Assembly (NCBI GenBank): GCA_052168235.1 | Contig: JBQLZK010000068.1 | Location: forward strand, 1 to 36,596 | Origin: Thainema sp. | GTDB taxonomy: Bacteria > Cyanobacteriota > Cyanobacteriia > Phormidesmidales > Phormidesmidaceae | Reading direction: 5' to 3' | Length of the DNA: 36,596 nucleotides | Part shown: piece by piece, positions 1 to 8,562 of the stretch | How the letters are laid out: each line of letters starts with the position of its first letter | Numbering within the stretch: position 1 is the stretch's first letter | The notes under the pieces: generated by a model | Databases searched by the model: none | Told to the model about the DNA's origin: nothing | Seen by the model: only the letters and a program-made list of their open reading frames with translations | Position numbers and translations under genes: made by a program

Positions 1-70
1 TCTCGCATCTCAGGAGGGTCGGTCTACCTCTCTTCTCTCAACATACAAGGAGTGAAATGTAAAGCTCCAA

Positions 71-104
71 AACCCACCACCCAGTACCTAAAACCTAATA
101 CCCA
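71..104. repeat. Degenerate heptamer tandem repeat (STRR-like, ACCCA(G/A)T / ACCTAA(A/T))
   Basis: aacccaccacccagtacctaaaacctaataccc; same family as 3942-3986. Confidence 0.6.
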
Positions 105-196
105 CTCCTCGCACTTTTACCAATAATTACCAACGAAATCACCAATGCTTGTAGGGCGAAATGCCTAGTTGGAATTGATATCGTTAGAGTATCAAC

Positions 197-310
197 AAAA
201 GCCCCCAGGAACACTCACAAAAAACCTCAACTGAGTCTCACTGGACAAGTAAGTACGACATCAACATGGTGAACAAAGCCTCGGCCTGTGACGGGTCGGG
301 CTTTTTTTTG
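197..310 (+). ncRNA. Candidate small RNA (or 3' end of a transcript starting upstream of the window)
   Basis: Possible -10 TAGAGT at 185-190, no long + ORF, and a + oriented intrinsic terminator at 276-309. Confidence 0.3.
276..309 (+). terminator. Rho-independent terminator
   Basis: GC-rich hairpin (aagcctcggcctgtgacgggtcgggc) followed by a run of 8 T. Confidence 0.8.
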
Positions 311-348
311 CGTTTATGGCAGTAGCCAAATCGGGTTAAGGGATCAGG

Positions 349-452
349 CGTAGATCGGGTATATCCCTACGGGCATGGCAACGCTAAAGCGCTAGCATAA
401 CCCAATAAAACCGCTGCTGGTGTTGGGTTTCACGTTGTTCAACCCAACCTAC
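349..452. repeat. REP-like composite palindrome (GTAG...GGGT...AACCCAA / GTTGGGTT...AACCCAACCTAC) with a nested 26-nt insert at 362-387
   Basis: Two imperfect hairpins bounded by GTAG and CTAC; the insert matches 12752-12777 in reverse orientation. Confidence 0.65.
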
Positions 453-469
453 CAAGGAACTGGCTCAAC

Positions 470-1108
470 TTAGAAAGTACTGCTGTGGGTGGCGTCTGCA
501 AGTTCAACAAATCCGTGGAAGTGGATGAAGTCGATAATTTGATCTAAGCCCTGCTGCGTTTTGAGGTTGGTGAAGACAAATGGACGTTCGCCTCGCATTC
601 GGCGGGCATCGCGATCCATCACGTCCAGATCGGCACCAACCAGGGGAGCTAGATCAATTTTGTTAATTACCAGCAGGTCAGATTTCGTAATACCGGGGCC
701 ACCTTTGCGGGGAATTTTGTCTCCAGCGGACACGTCAATCACGTAGATGGTCAGATCTACCAGTTCGGGGCTGAACATGGAGGCTAGGTTGTCGCCGCCG
801 CTTTCGACGAAGATGAGGTCGAGATTGGTAAATTGCTCAATTAGCTGCTCGATCGCAACTAAGTTAATTGAAGCGTCTTCCCGAATAGCGGTGTGAGGAC
901 AGCCACCTGTTTCCACGCCAATAATGCGATCGCGTTCCAGTGCCTGACTACGAACCAAAAACTGGGCATCTTCTTGGGTGTAAATATCGTTGGTGACAAC
1001 GGCGATTTGGTGCTGCTGGCGCAGGGCTTTGCAGAGGGCATCAACTAGGGCGGTTTTGCCCGACCCGACGGGGCCAGCAATGCCAACACGAAATGGATCG
1101 GTACTCAT
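470..1108 (-). CDS. ureG: Urease accessory GTPase UreG
   Basis: GPVGSGKT P-loop, [23 protein letters not shown] and NKID motifs. Confidence 0.98.
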   Translation of the reverse strand: MSTDPFRVGIAGPVGSGKTALVDALCKALRQQHQIAVVTNDIYTQEDAQFLVRSQALERDRIIGVETGGCPHTAIREDASINLVAIEQLIEQFTNLDLIFVESGGDNLASMFSPELVDLTIYVIDVSAGDKIPRKGGPGITKSDLLVINKIDLAPLVGADLDVMDRDARRMRGERPFVFTNLKTQQGLDQIIDFIHFHGFVELADATHSSTF

Positions 1109-1136
1109 ATAAAGCTTTGCTCAATCTCTTTCAATA

Positions 1137-1199
1137 TCAGTTGAACTCATTAAAACCCAGAAGCAGAGATTTGTTACTGCGATGCAGCGGCAAATCTCC
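1137..1199. repeat. Degenerate copy of the palindromic element at 26832-26900
   Basis: Shares TCAGTT(T)GAACT..AAACCCAGAAG and a hairpin GAGATTTG..GC-3nt-GC..GGCAAATCTC. Confidence 0.55.
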
Positions 1200-1212
1200 A
1201 TCTCAGATCAGT

Positions 1213-1893
1213 TTAGCTGCGAAATAAGCGTGAATAGAGCGTTTCGTGCTGCATACTGGCTAGGGATAATCCCCAACTGCCGCTGCTGAGGTCGGCGTCA
1301 TCCAGCGCCATAACATCAGTAACAGCCTGGTTAATCACCGGATGCAGGTTATGGAGTAGGACTTGCCCCTCGGTTTGTCCCAGTGGTACCAGTCGAATTC
1401 CGGCATTGATTAAGTTACTAGCCCAGCTATGCAAATAGCCCTGAACAGTCATTTCCAGCGGAACGTGACTGACAGCGGCGGCAATGGCGAATGCGATCGC
1501 AAAATTGCAGGGGGTTCCTGCTGCTTCAAGCCAACTTTTTGCATCAGCATTTAACTCTGGTAACAAACGAACCAGCGCTCGTCCCATTTGCCAGCTTTGC
1601 TGCCGCAGTTCTTCCGTTTCGCGAGCGGCAGATAGCCAGTGATTCCAGTCGGCTAACTGGCTGGGCTGGTCGGCTTGCACAGCTCGATAAGCGCGGATAA
1701 GGATGGCCGCTTCGGTTTGAATGCCGCCGTATTGGAGTTCTTGGCTGAGCCAGTGGTTTAGGTCAGTAGCAGTTGCGATCGCACCTGTTTCCACGAGCGT
1801 CTCAATCCCTTCCGAGTAACTGTAGGCTCCGACGGGTAAAGATGCATTGGTCAGCTGCATCAGAGATAGGAAAGCTGTGGAAGAAAAATTCAC
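1213..1893 (-). CDS. ureF: Urease accessory protein UreF
   Basis: LPVGAYSYSEGIE, GIRLVPLGQTEGQ and C-terminal HETLYSRLFRS; GTG start. Confidence 0.97.
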   Translation of the reverse strand: MNFSSTAFLSLMQLTNASLPVGAYSYSEGIETLVETGAIATATDLNHWLSQELQYGGIQTEAAILIRAYRAVQADQPSQLADWNHWLSAARETEELRQQSWQMGRALVRLLPELNADAKSWLEAAGTPCNFAIAFAIAAAVSHVPLEMTVQGYLHSWASNLINAGIRLVPLGQTEGQVLLHNLHPVINQAVTDVMALDDADLSSGSWGLSLASMQHETLYSRLFRS

Positions 1894-1986
1894 GTCATCG
1901 TTCCTTGTGGTCGTCAGTCAACTTAAAAACCGAAGCGTTATTTTACCGCCGCGTTACGGCACCCAATCGCTCGAAATTGCGTCAGC

Positions 1987-2463
1987 TTAATGATGATGCT
2001 GATGAACAGAATGATGATACGCACCAACTTCCGGATTAAAGGGGGCAACTTCCGTAGTGATGAACAGGCCAAGCTGCTGCAGCATGGCTTCTAAAACTGG
2101 ATCGGGGGATAATCGGAGCCAATCGGAGGTGATTTCCAGCGAAACGTGGCGATTGCCCAAGTGATAAGCTGCTCGCAGTAGTAGCAAGGGGGTGGCTGCG
2201 GTAACGGTCAGAACGGATTCAGGTTTCGCGATCACGCGAATGCAGATAGAACTCGCTGAATCTGCTGAATCTGTGGCATCGGTGAGCAAGTCACCATCTT
2301 GTAAAACCGTTCCTCTGGGCAAGTTGAGATAAACTGACTGACCCGCTACCGTCGTGAACCGATGCCGCGATCGCGTGCGCTCCTCTGCAGTGAGCGCTAG
2401 TTGGTCGTGAACAATCGTGGTGGCAGTAGCGGGGGAGCGGTGAACCAGAGTCACAATAGACAC
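1987..2463 (-). CDS. ureE: Urease accessory nickel chaperone UreE
   Basis: [29 protein letters not shown] and a His-rich tail HHSVHQHHH. Confidence 0.97.
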   Translation of the reverse strand: MSIVTLVHRSPATATTIVHDQLALTAEERTRSRHRFTTVAGQSVYLNLPRGTVLQDGDLLTDATDSADSASSICIRVIAKPESVLTVTAATPLLLLRAAYHLGNRHVSLEITSDWLRLSPDPVLEAMLQQLGLFITTEVAPFNPEVGAYHHSVHQHHH

Positions 2464-2956
2464 AAAACTTTAAACTCCACTTCCTAAAGTGTCTCTACAT
2501 TCAGTCAACAGATTAGAACAACAGATCCTGAATTGATTGGATCAAGATGAAGACTGATTATCCGGCGTTATTCATAGATTTGCTCAAGATTGCTGAATAT
2601 TGTACAGATTTTTGGCGGGATACAACGGCAATATTCTGGTCTCGATTCCTAATAATTAATTAGACGCATTTTGAAGTGTCACAGAGAAAAAGGCTTCTTA
2701 TCCGGATTCGGCAAAGTTTGAGGTGGAGTTTTCCACAAGAGCATATGAGACATCCCCCTGTTTCATCCCTGCGTCACTTTGCATACAAGTCTCAGCGTGT
2801 AAGACCGGATGGTGTAGTCCTTTATTAAATTCATACATTCAATTCACTTCAACGGCTTCACGTTGCTTGCCTCTGAATCAGTATAGAGACAAGCACGAGA
2901 GACAAAGCAATCGAGTGGTTTTACTCTCTGTTGTTCATCTCAAAGCCCCCCTTAAC

Positions 2957-3589
2957 ATGAACATGCAAACAGTTTCTCTTGGTTCATTTGATCTAGACAA
3001 TGTTAATTACGAGGAGGAGAAAAATCTAAGTTCGCCTAATATTCCGTCTGATTTCTTGATGCTACATGCGGTAGTAGAAGGATTATTTGATGGTGTTTTA
3101 ATTCTGACGCCTGACGGCAAGGTCATTCAGTCCAATTCTTATGGTGCTGAGATTTTAAATGAGCTTTACCAGCGTCAGCCTACGTCTAATCCCCTACCGG
3201 AACCACTCTGGCGCATCTGCCAGCTTCTGGTGGAAAGCCGGATTGACTTTCCGGATCAGGTGGTGATGATTGAAGACGAAATTGAAACGGATTGTCCGGC
3301 CCCAATTCGAGTGCGGGCCCGCTGGCTCACACTGGCTACAGCAGAACAGCCCTGCATTTTAGTGACGCTGGAAGACTGCTATCAAACGGCTTGTCAACGT
3401 GCGATCGCAGAAAGTCACCAATATGGTTTAACGCAACGGGAATCAGAGGTTTGGCTGCTGAAACGGGCTAACTACAGCTACGAACAAATTGCATCACAGT
3501 TATACATTGCAATTAATACGGTGAAGAAGCATCTCAAGAGCATTTATGCCAAGCAACAAGATGCAATTAACAGCCGTATGGCTTACTAG
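2957..3589 (+). CDS. LuxR-family HTH transcriptional regulator with PAS-like N-terminus
   Basis: C-terminal LTQRESEVWLL..YSYEQIASQLYIAINTVKKHLKSIYAK HTH; DGVLILTPDGKVIQSN PAS-like segment. Start placed at ATG 2957 (or 2963), not the ORF-track GTG at 2723. Confidence 0.88.
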   Translation: MNMQTVSLGSFDLDNVNYEEEKNLSSPNIPSDFLMLHAVVEGLFDGVLILTPDGKVIQSNSYGAEILNELYQRQPTSNPLPEPLWRICQLLVESRIDFPDQVVMIEDEIETDCPAPIRVRARWLTLATAEQPCILVTLEDCYQTACQRAIAESHQYGLTQRESEVWLLKRANYSYEQIASQLYIAINTVKKHLKSIYAKQQDAINSRMAY

Positions 3590-3710
3590 GGCAATACTAC
3601 CCAAGTCGCGAGCGATCACTTTTCCGTGATCAATGCGTGATTTGAAAAAAGACAAAATCTTTATACGACATCGGGTTAAACAGTTTTGATATCCAACACT
3701 GCAATCTCCT

Positions 3711-3735
3711 GTAAGGTGGGCGATGCCCACCTTAC
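3711..3735. repeat. REP-like palindrome GTAAGGTGGGC-gat-GCCCACCTTAC
   Basis: Perfect 11-bp stem with a 3-nt loop. Confidence 0.8.
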
Positions 3736-3759
3736 GCTATGTTTAATCACGTCTAGAAC

Positions 3760-3806
3760 AATAAGGGCATTTTGCTGTCGCATCGCGATCGCAAAATGCC
3801 CTTATT
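3760..3806. repeat. Inverted repeat, possible bidirectional terminator
   Basis: AATAAGGGCATTTTGC ... GCAAAATGCCCTTATT, 16-bp perfect arms around a HIP1-containing centre, between convergent genes. Confidence 0.7.
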
Positions 3807-3873
3807 AGGTTTAATAACTATCGATGACTATTTTGAAGATGACGATATCAGGTTGAGCCAGTTATCCCGCATC

Positions 3874-3986
3874 GAGTAAGGTGAGGCGCGAGGAGTAAGG
3901 TGAGGCGTGAGGAGTAAGGAGTAATGCGAGTTACAACTTAGAACCCAGCACCCAATACCTAACACCCAATACCTAGCACCAACACC
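3874..3986. repeat. Two adjacent heptamer-type tandem arrays: GTGAGG(C/A)/GTAAGGA (3874-3924) and ACCCAAT/ACCTAAC (3942-3986)
   Basis: Directly visible short tandem repeats of the cyanobacterial STRR type. Confidence 0.8.
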
Positions 3987-4021
3987 AAACCCCTCTGTAG
4001 TGCCAAATTCCAGAACCGGCA

Positions 4022-4306
4022 TTAGCTGCCCGCACAGGGATTTCCCTTACTCGCGCAGGGATCAGCAGACGCACAAGGATTGGCAGACGCACAGGGGTTC
4101 TCTTTGCTCGCACAGGGGTTCTCTTTGCTCGCACAGGGATCAGCCGATGCACAGGGGTTTTCCTTGCCTGCACAGGGATTCGATTCCGTTTGTTCAGTGG
4201 CATCCGGGCTACTCGTCGATTCAGGATTGGCGCAGCCCGTTACCATACCAATACTGAGGACAGATGCAACGGCCATCATGCCAAGATACTTCGCTTGCAT
4301 AGTCAA
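4022..4306 (-). CDS. Small secreted lipoprotein with 8 (N/D)PCA(S/G) cysteine repeats
   Basis: Signal peptide ending in lipobox-like VTG-C, Ser/Thr/Glu linker, then 8 PCA repeats; AGAGGAG RBS upstream of the ATG. Confidence 0.85.
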   Translation of the reverse strand: MTMQAKYLGMMAVASVLSIGMVTGCANPESTSSPDATEQTESNPCAGKENPCASADPCASKENPCASKENPCASANPCASADPCASKGNPCAGS

Positions 4307-4420
4307 GTCTCCTCTAAAAATTTAATTACCCTCTATGTCCACCCACCATAGAAGGCTTAAATTGGGACTCAATGGGAACGGAATAAGTTTTCCCTGAAAG
4401 AATGCTGAGAGCGAATTAAT

Positions 4421-5281
4421 ATGACCGAGCTATTTGTATCTGCTGACTGGTTAGCTGAGCATCTAGATGATCCAAGTGTCTGCATTGTAGACTGCCGATT
4501 TTCGCTGCCGGAACCGGATTTGGGGCGTCACCAATACGAACAAGCTCATATTCCCGGCGCTTACTATCTGAGTTTAGATCAGGATTTATCCAGCCCTGTC
4601 CAGACTCATGGAGGACGCCATCCGCTGCCCGATCCGGCTCAGTTTGCGCGGCGCATGAATGAGTTGGGCCTTCATGCTGCTCAAGAGGGTCACCCCGCAA
4701 CGATGGTTGTGGCCTACGATGACTCAAACTTTGCCTTTGCGGCGCGGCTCTGGTGGCTGTTGCGTTACTTTGGCCATGACCAAGTAGCGGTACTCAACGG
4801 CGGCTGGTCGAGTTGGCAGACAGGCGGATATCCCACAGTGACCGCACAGCCCCAGCCTCAATCCGGTACGTTTAAGCCGGAAATTCGCGATCGCACTCTT
4901 GTCAACATCGAACAGGTCAAACAGCGCAAAGATCAGCCCAGTGTCAGTCTAATTGACTCGCGCGCCCCCGAACGTTACCGGGGCGAAGTGGAACCGATTG
5001 ACCCCATTGCCGGACATATTCCCGGTGCTGTGAACTATCCCTGGATGCAGGTCGTGGACGAGAAGCATCAGCTGCGATCGCAAACGGAACTGACTGAGCT
5101 GTATGCTGCTTTGCAGCCTGCCGAAGAAGTCATTGTGTACTGTGGTTCTGGCGTAACGGCCTGTGTGAATCTGCTGGCGATGGAGACAGCAGGATTAACC
5201 AACGGCAAGCTCTATGTTGGGAGCTGGAGCGATTGGTGTTCCTATGAGGACACGGTTAAAGCAATTGCAACGTCCTTGTAA
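4421..5281 (+). CDS. Tandem-domain rhodanese / 3-mercaptopyruvate sulfurtransferase (SseA-like)
   Basis: HIPGA twice, GGRHPLP, AARLWW, active-site loop YCGSGVTAC, LYVGSWSDW. Confidence 0.95.
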   Translation: MTELFVSADWLAEHLDDPSVCIVDCRFSLPEPDLGRHQYEQAHIPGAYYLSLDQDLSSPVQTHGGRHPLPDPAQFARRMNELGLHAAQEGHPATMVVAYDDSNFAFAARLWWLLRYFGHDQVAVLNGGWSSWQTGGYPTVTAQPQPQSGTFKPEIRDRTLVNIEQVKQRKDQPSVSLIDSRAPERYRGEVEPIDPIAGHIPGAVNYPWMQVVDEKHQLRSQTELTELYAALQPAEEVIVYCGSGVTACVNLLAMETAGLTNGKLYVGSWSDWCSYEDTVKAIATSL

Positions 5282-5448
5282 CATTTGATTGGTGCCCTTT
5301 CGTGGTCAACGTAGAGTAAAGTGAGGGGCTTTGTAGGTTTGTTGCAGATTGTGGGCGATCGCAATCGGCGGGGAAGACTAACACTACAATCTCTCTGTTT
5401 ATATGCACCCTTTACATTCGCGCCCCAGCCGGATCGTGTAAACCAACC

Positions 5449-8400
5449 ATGAACGAGGTGGATGTCATGGCTCAACCTCCTTCCGACCATCGATCCAATT
5501 CACCACCTAATGATCACCCTGCCCCAACGAATGGTACAGAGGCAAATGGCGCACGCCCCAACGAATGGACTGAATCTGCGATCGCACCTACCAATGCCGA
5601 CGTGAATAATATCGAACTGACCGAATCTGAGCTGGCCGAGTTAGAACAATCCGCTGCTAGCTCCCCCCATCCGAATAATGGATATTCCACTTTCGATAAC
5701 TTAAACAACACGGTAGATCACGCAGGATTAGAGCCTGAGAGGCTAGGTGGCAACGGTTCCGGTAATGGTTTACAGGCCAATCCGACCAGCGACAATTTAG
5801 ATCACAGGCCGGATGCGGCAGCCTTTGATGAGGAGTTTGAGCTGGAACCTCCCGTCGTGTTAGAGCCGGATGAACTTGGTTCCGATGCAGATGGATCATT
5901 CATCGCCCTACCGCCACAGGCGTTGCCGCGTCCCCCCTTCTGGCATCGCTTAGAAACCAAAGCGGCTGCGATCGCACTGCTCTGCGGCTTGCTATCGGGG
6001 GCGCTGGTGGGTGGCGGCGTCTATCTGGCAACCAGTCGTTTATTGTCTCAGCAGGCTAAGCAAATCCAGACGCAGCAAACTGGGCAGTTGGCCGAAAATA
6101 TCGCTGCGTTTTTGCGCGATCGCACTCAAGAGATTAGCCAGATTGCCAGTAGCACAACTCTCACCAGTGCCGGATTCTGGAATCAGCCGCTCGCCGACAA
6201 GCAGCAGGTGATCAATCGCCTGCAGGAACAGCAGAGCCGCTACGCTACGCTGGCAATTTTTAATCGTCAGGGCCAAAAACTCGTGCAAGCTCCGGGTGAA
6301 GTTGACCCAGCACTTGCGAATCCTGCACCTGCCGCCGATATTGCACCGCCAGCCGATGTCGCACCGCAACCAGCCACCCCAAATTTAGGCAATTCAGATG
6401 CTGCGAATGTACCTGCGGCTGAACCTGTGGCAGAAGTTGCTCAACCCGTCGCTGAACCAGAACCCGTTGCTGTAGGAATACAGCAGGTTTTAACCTCACA
6501 ACAGATGGCGTTTACGCCATCTACGACGCCTGGTATGGCTTTTGATATTGCGGCTCCGATTCAAATTAATGGGCAACTGGTGGGTGTCCTGCAGGCGCAG
6601 ATCGCGGTGGATACCGTTCAGCCCGCCTTCGTTCCCGCAGCTGACCAACCCAATCAGAGTTACTTAGTTCAGTCAGATGGTACGCTGCTCAATCAGTCCG
6701 ATGCTGCCGTCTCAGATCAACTGCCTGAATCTGTCGTCGCCGCTTGGCCAGAGTTAACGCAATCCAATCCTGCGCTAGTGGAGCAAGATAGTTACTGGGT
6801 GAGTGCCGTCCCGGTTGCGCTACCCGCTGCTGGACTAGATGATGCAGGACTGAGCGCCGTGTGGGTGCAGCCAGAGTTGGGAGTGCGACGTTTGCCGCCT
6901 GGCGTGGCCTATACCGTCGGGATTGGTGCACTGTTGGCTGGTCTGGGTTCTGGCGTGCTGGGAGCATGGGCCGCTAGCCGCACGACTCGCTCACTGCGGC
7001 AGGCCACACAGACCATTCAAGATTTAGAGCGCGATCGCAGATCGCCCACTCTAGCTATCGCAGGCCGAGGCGAAGTGGCGATGCTGGGACGGTCGGTACA
7101 GTCGCTGGCTAATCATATTGATCAAACTCGACAAACCCACGTTTTAGAGCTGACTGAGCTTCAGGAGGATGTAGATACGGCTCGACAGCAGGCTGAGGCC
7201 ATCCGCGATCGCATTCAGCACCTTCAGCAGGAGCATCAGCATCAGTTGGAGCACCTGCAAGCCGATGTTGGTGATCAGCAAGCCACTTGGCAGCAGTCTA
7301 CGGAGCAACTGCGAGCCGACCATGCTCGACAAGTGGAAGCGATCCAGGCTGATTATCGTCAGCTCATTGAACAGCTCCAGCAGGAAGCCAAACACAGTCG
7401 CCACCAGCAAGAAGAGGTGGTTCAGCAGCTTGAAACGCAGCGTCATCGGCAATTGGACGAACTGCGAGCCGCAATGCAGGCGGTTAATCAGGGCAACTTT
7501 GACCAGCCCCTGCCCGAAACGACCGGAGAGCTGAAGGAAATTGCTCAAGCCTATAGCCTCACGGTAAGGCACCTGCACCAGGCCAGACAGCAGCAGGCGC
7601 GATCTCAAACTCGACTGGCTGAAATCATTTCCCAGCTTGACCATGAAATTCAGTCCCTACAAACCTTTGAGCAATCGTTTGATCCCCTGGCGATGTGGCC
7701 AACTGCCGATCAGTCGCTGCGGGCAGTCAGCGCCACGCTGCACAACCTGACGCAAAACATGCAGCAGCTCAAAGAACTAGCGCAGACAAGCGACACCACG
7801 CTGGCTGATGCGTCGGCGACACAACCGATTGCTAGTTTGCAAACTCTGCACCAGTCATCCGGTGATTTGCAGCAGCAACTGGAGCACATGCAGCCAGGCT
7901 TGCAGCAGATGATGCAAACCGTGCTGGAACTGAGTCAGATTACCGGACAAATTACCCTACTCACGTTCAATGCCTCCCTTAATCTGTCGCGCTTGCCGGG
8001 TGATATTGGGCAGGCGCGACAGCCGTTGGCAAAACGGCTAGGCCAACTGCGATCGCTGAGCCAGCAGTCCACGCAGAAAACCCAAAGCCTTACCCAGCAA
8101 ATGGCTCACTTCCAGCAGGCTATCACGCAGGTTTCACCCCAAGTCGCTCAGATTGCTACGCAGGTTCTAGGCAATATCCAGTCCCTCACTCAGCTTCAGC
8201 AGCAGCTTGACCATTTAGCCAAACTGCAGCAAACGCTACTACCCCAGCTTGAACAGACCCAGCAATCTTTGGCTGCACAAGCTTACCCGATCATGGGTAC
8301 TCTAGAAGCGATGCAGGATGCCCCCAGCCTGACTGAACAAGCCCGCGTCCAACTTGCTCAGATTACAACCGCTCTCCAAGAAATCCTAGCGGTTGCTCAC

Positions 8401-8487
8401 CAGCTCGCCAATGAGTCATTTAATCAGCCTAATGAGCCACTTGAACTGAATACCGATTCACATTCGACTCTCCTTGATCCCGATTGA
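5449..8487 (+). CDS. Divergent methyl-accepting chemotaxis-like membrane protein
   Basis: Acidic disordered N-terminus, two hydrophobic segments around a Cache-like region, HAMP-like segments (GRGEVAMLGRSVQSL, TGELKEIAQAY), Gln-rich coiled coil, and degenerate signalling tip QITLLTFNASLNLSR. Confidence 0.7.
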   Translation: MNEVDVMAQPPSDHRSNSPPNDHPAPTNGTEANGARPNEWTESAIAPTNADVNNIELTESELAELEQSAASSPHPNNGYSTFDNLNNTVDHAGLEPERLGGNGSGNGLQANPTSDNLDHRPDAAAFDEEFELEPPVVLEPDELGSDADGSFIALPPQALPRPPFWHRLETKAAAIALLCGLLSGALVGGGVYLATSRLLSQQAKQIQTQQTGQLAENIAAFLRDRTQEISQIASSTTLTSAGFWNQPLADKQQVINRLQEQQSRYATLAIFNRQGQKLVQAPGEVDPALANPAPAADIAPPADVAPQPATPNLGNSDAANVPAAEPVAEVAQPVAEPEPVAVGIQQVLTSQQMAFTPSTTPGMAFDIAAPIQINGQLVGVLQAQIAVDTVQPAFVPAADQPNQSYLVQSDGTLLNQSDAAVSDQLPESVVAAWPELTQSNPALVEQDSYWVSAVPVALPAAGLDDAGLSAVWVQPELGVRRLPPGVAYTVGIGALLAGLGSGVLGAWAASRTTRSLRQATQTIQDLERDRRSPTLAIAGRGEVAMLGRSVQSLANHIDQTRQTHVLELTELQEDVDTARQQAEAIRDRIQHLQQEHQHQLEHLQADVGDQQATWQQSTEQLRADHARQVEAIQADYRQLIEQLQQEAKHSRHQQEEVVQQLETQRHRQLDELRAAMQAVNQGNFDQPLPETTGELKEIAQAYSLTVRHLHQARQQQARSQTRLAEIISQLDHEIQSLQTFEQSFDPLAMWPTADQSLRAVSATLHNLTQNMQQLKELAQTSDTTLADASATQPIASLQTLHQSSGDLQQQLEHMQPGLQQMMQTVLELSQITGQITLLTFNASLNLSRLPGDIGQARQPLAKRLGQLRSLSQQSTQKTQSLTQQMAHFQQAITQVSPQVAQIATQVLGNIQSLTQLQQQLDHLAKLQQTLLPQLEQTQQSLAAQAYPIMGTLEAMQDAPSLTEQARVQLAQITTALQEILAVAHQLANESFNQPNEPLELNTDSHSTLLDPD

Positions 8488-8562
8488 ATATTTTCCCTAT
8501 AGCCCTTTAACAGCCCTCTACATCCTGCTCCCACCCATTTTGCCGCAATCTATTCAAAACCT

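Noticed and set aside
104..114. ACTCCTCGCAC resembling the Yfr1 sRNA motif ACTCCTCACAC
   Set aside because: It has one mismatch, lies at the end of a heptamer array, and lacks the flanking hairpin and terminator.
470..2463. ureEFG without ureABCD
   Set aside because: Urease genes are commonly scattered in cyanobacterial genomes, so this is not unusual.
2723..2956. 78-codon N-terminal extension of the LuxR ORF in the ORF track
   Set aside because: It starts at a GTG, looks non-coding in composition, and probably spans the promoter/UTR; ATG 2957 or 2963 is more plausible.
4031..4170. Regularly spaced GCACAGGG repeats resembling a mini-CRISPR array
   Set aside because: The units are only 15-21 nt, have no unique spacers, and are the codons of the PCA repeats in the - strand ORF; no cas genes are present.
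3828..4325. Overlapping ORFs 3828-4022, 3973-4203, 4000-4257 and 4080-4325
   Set aside because: These are shadow frames of the tandem repeats; only 4022-4306 has an RBS, signal peptide and lipobox.
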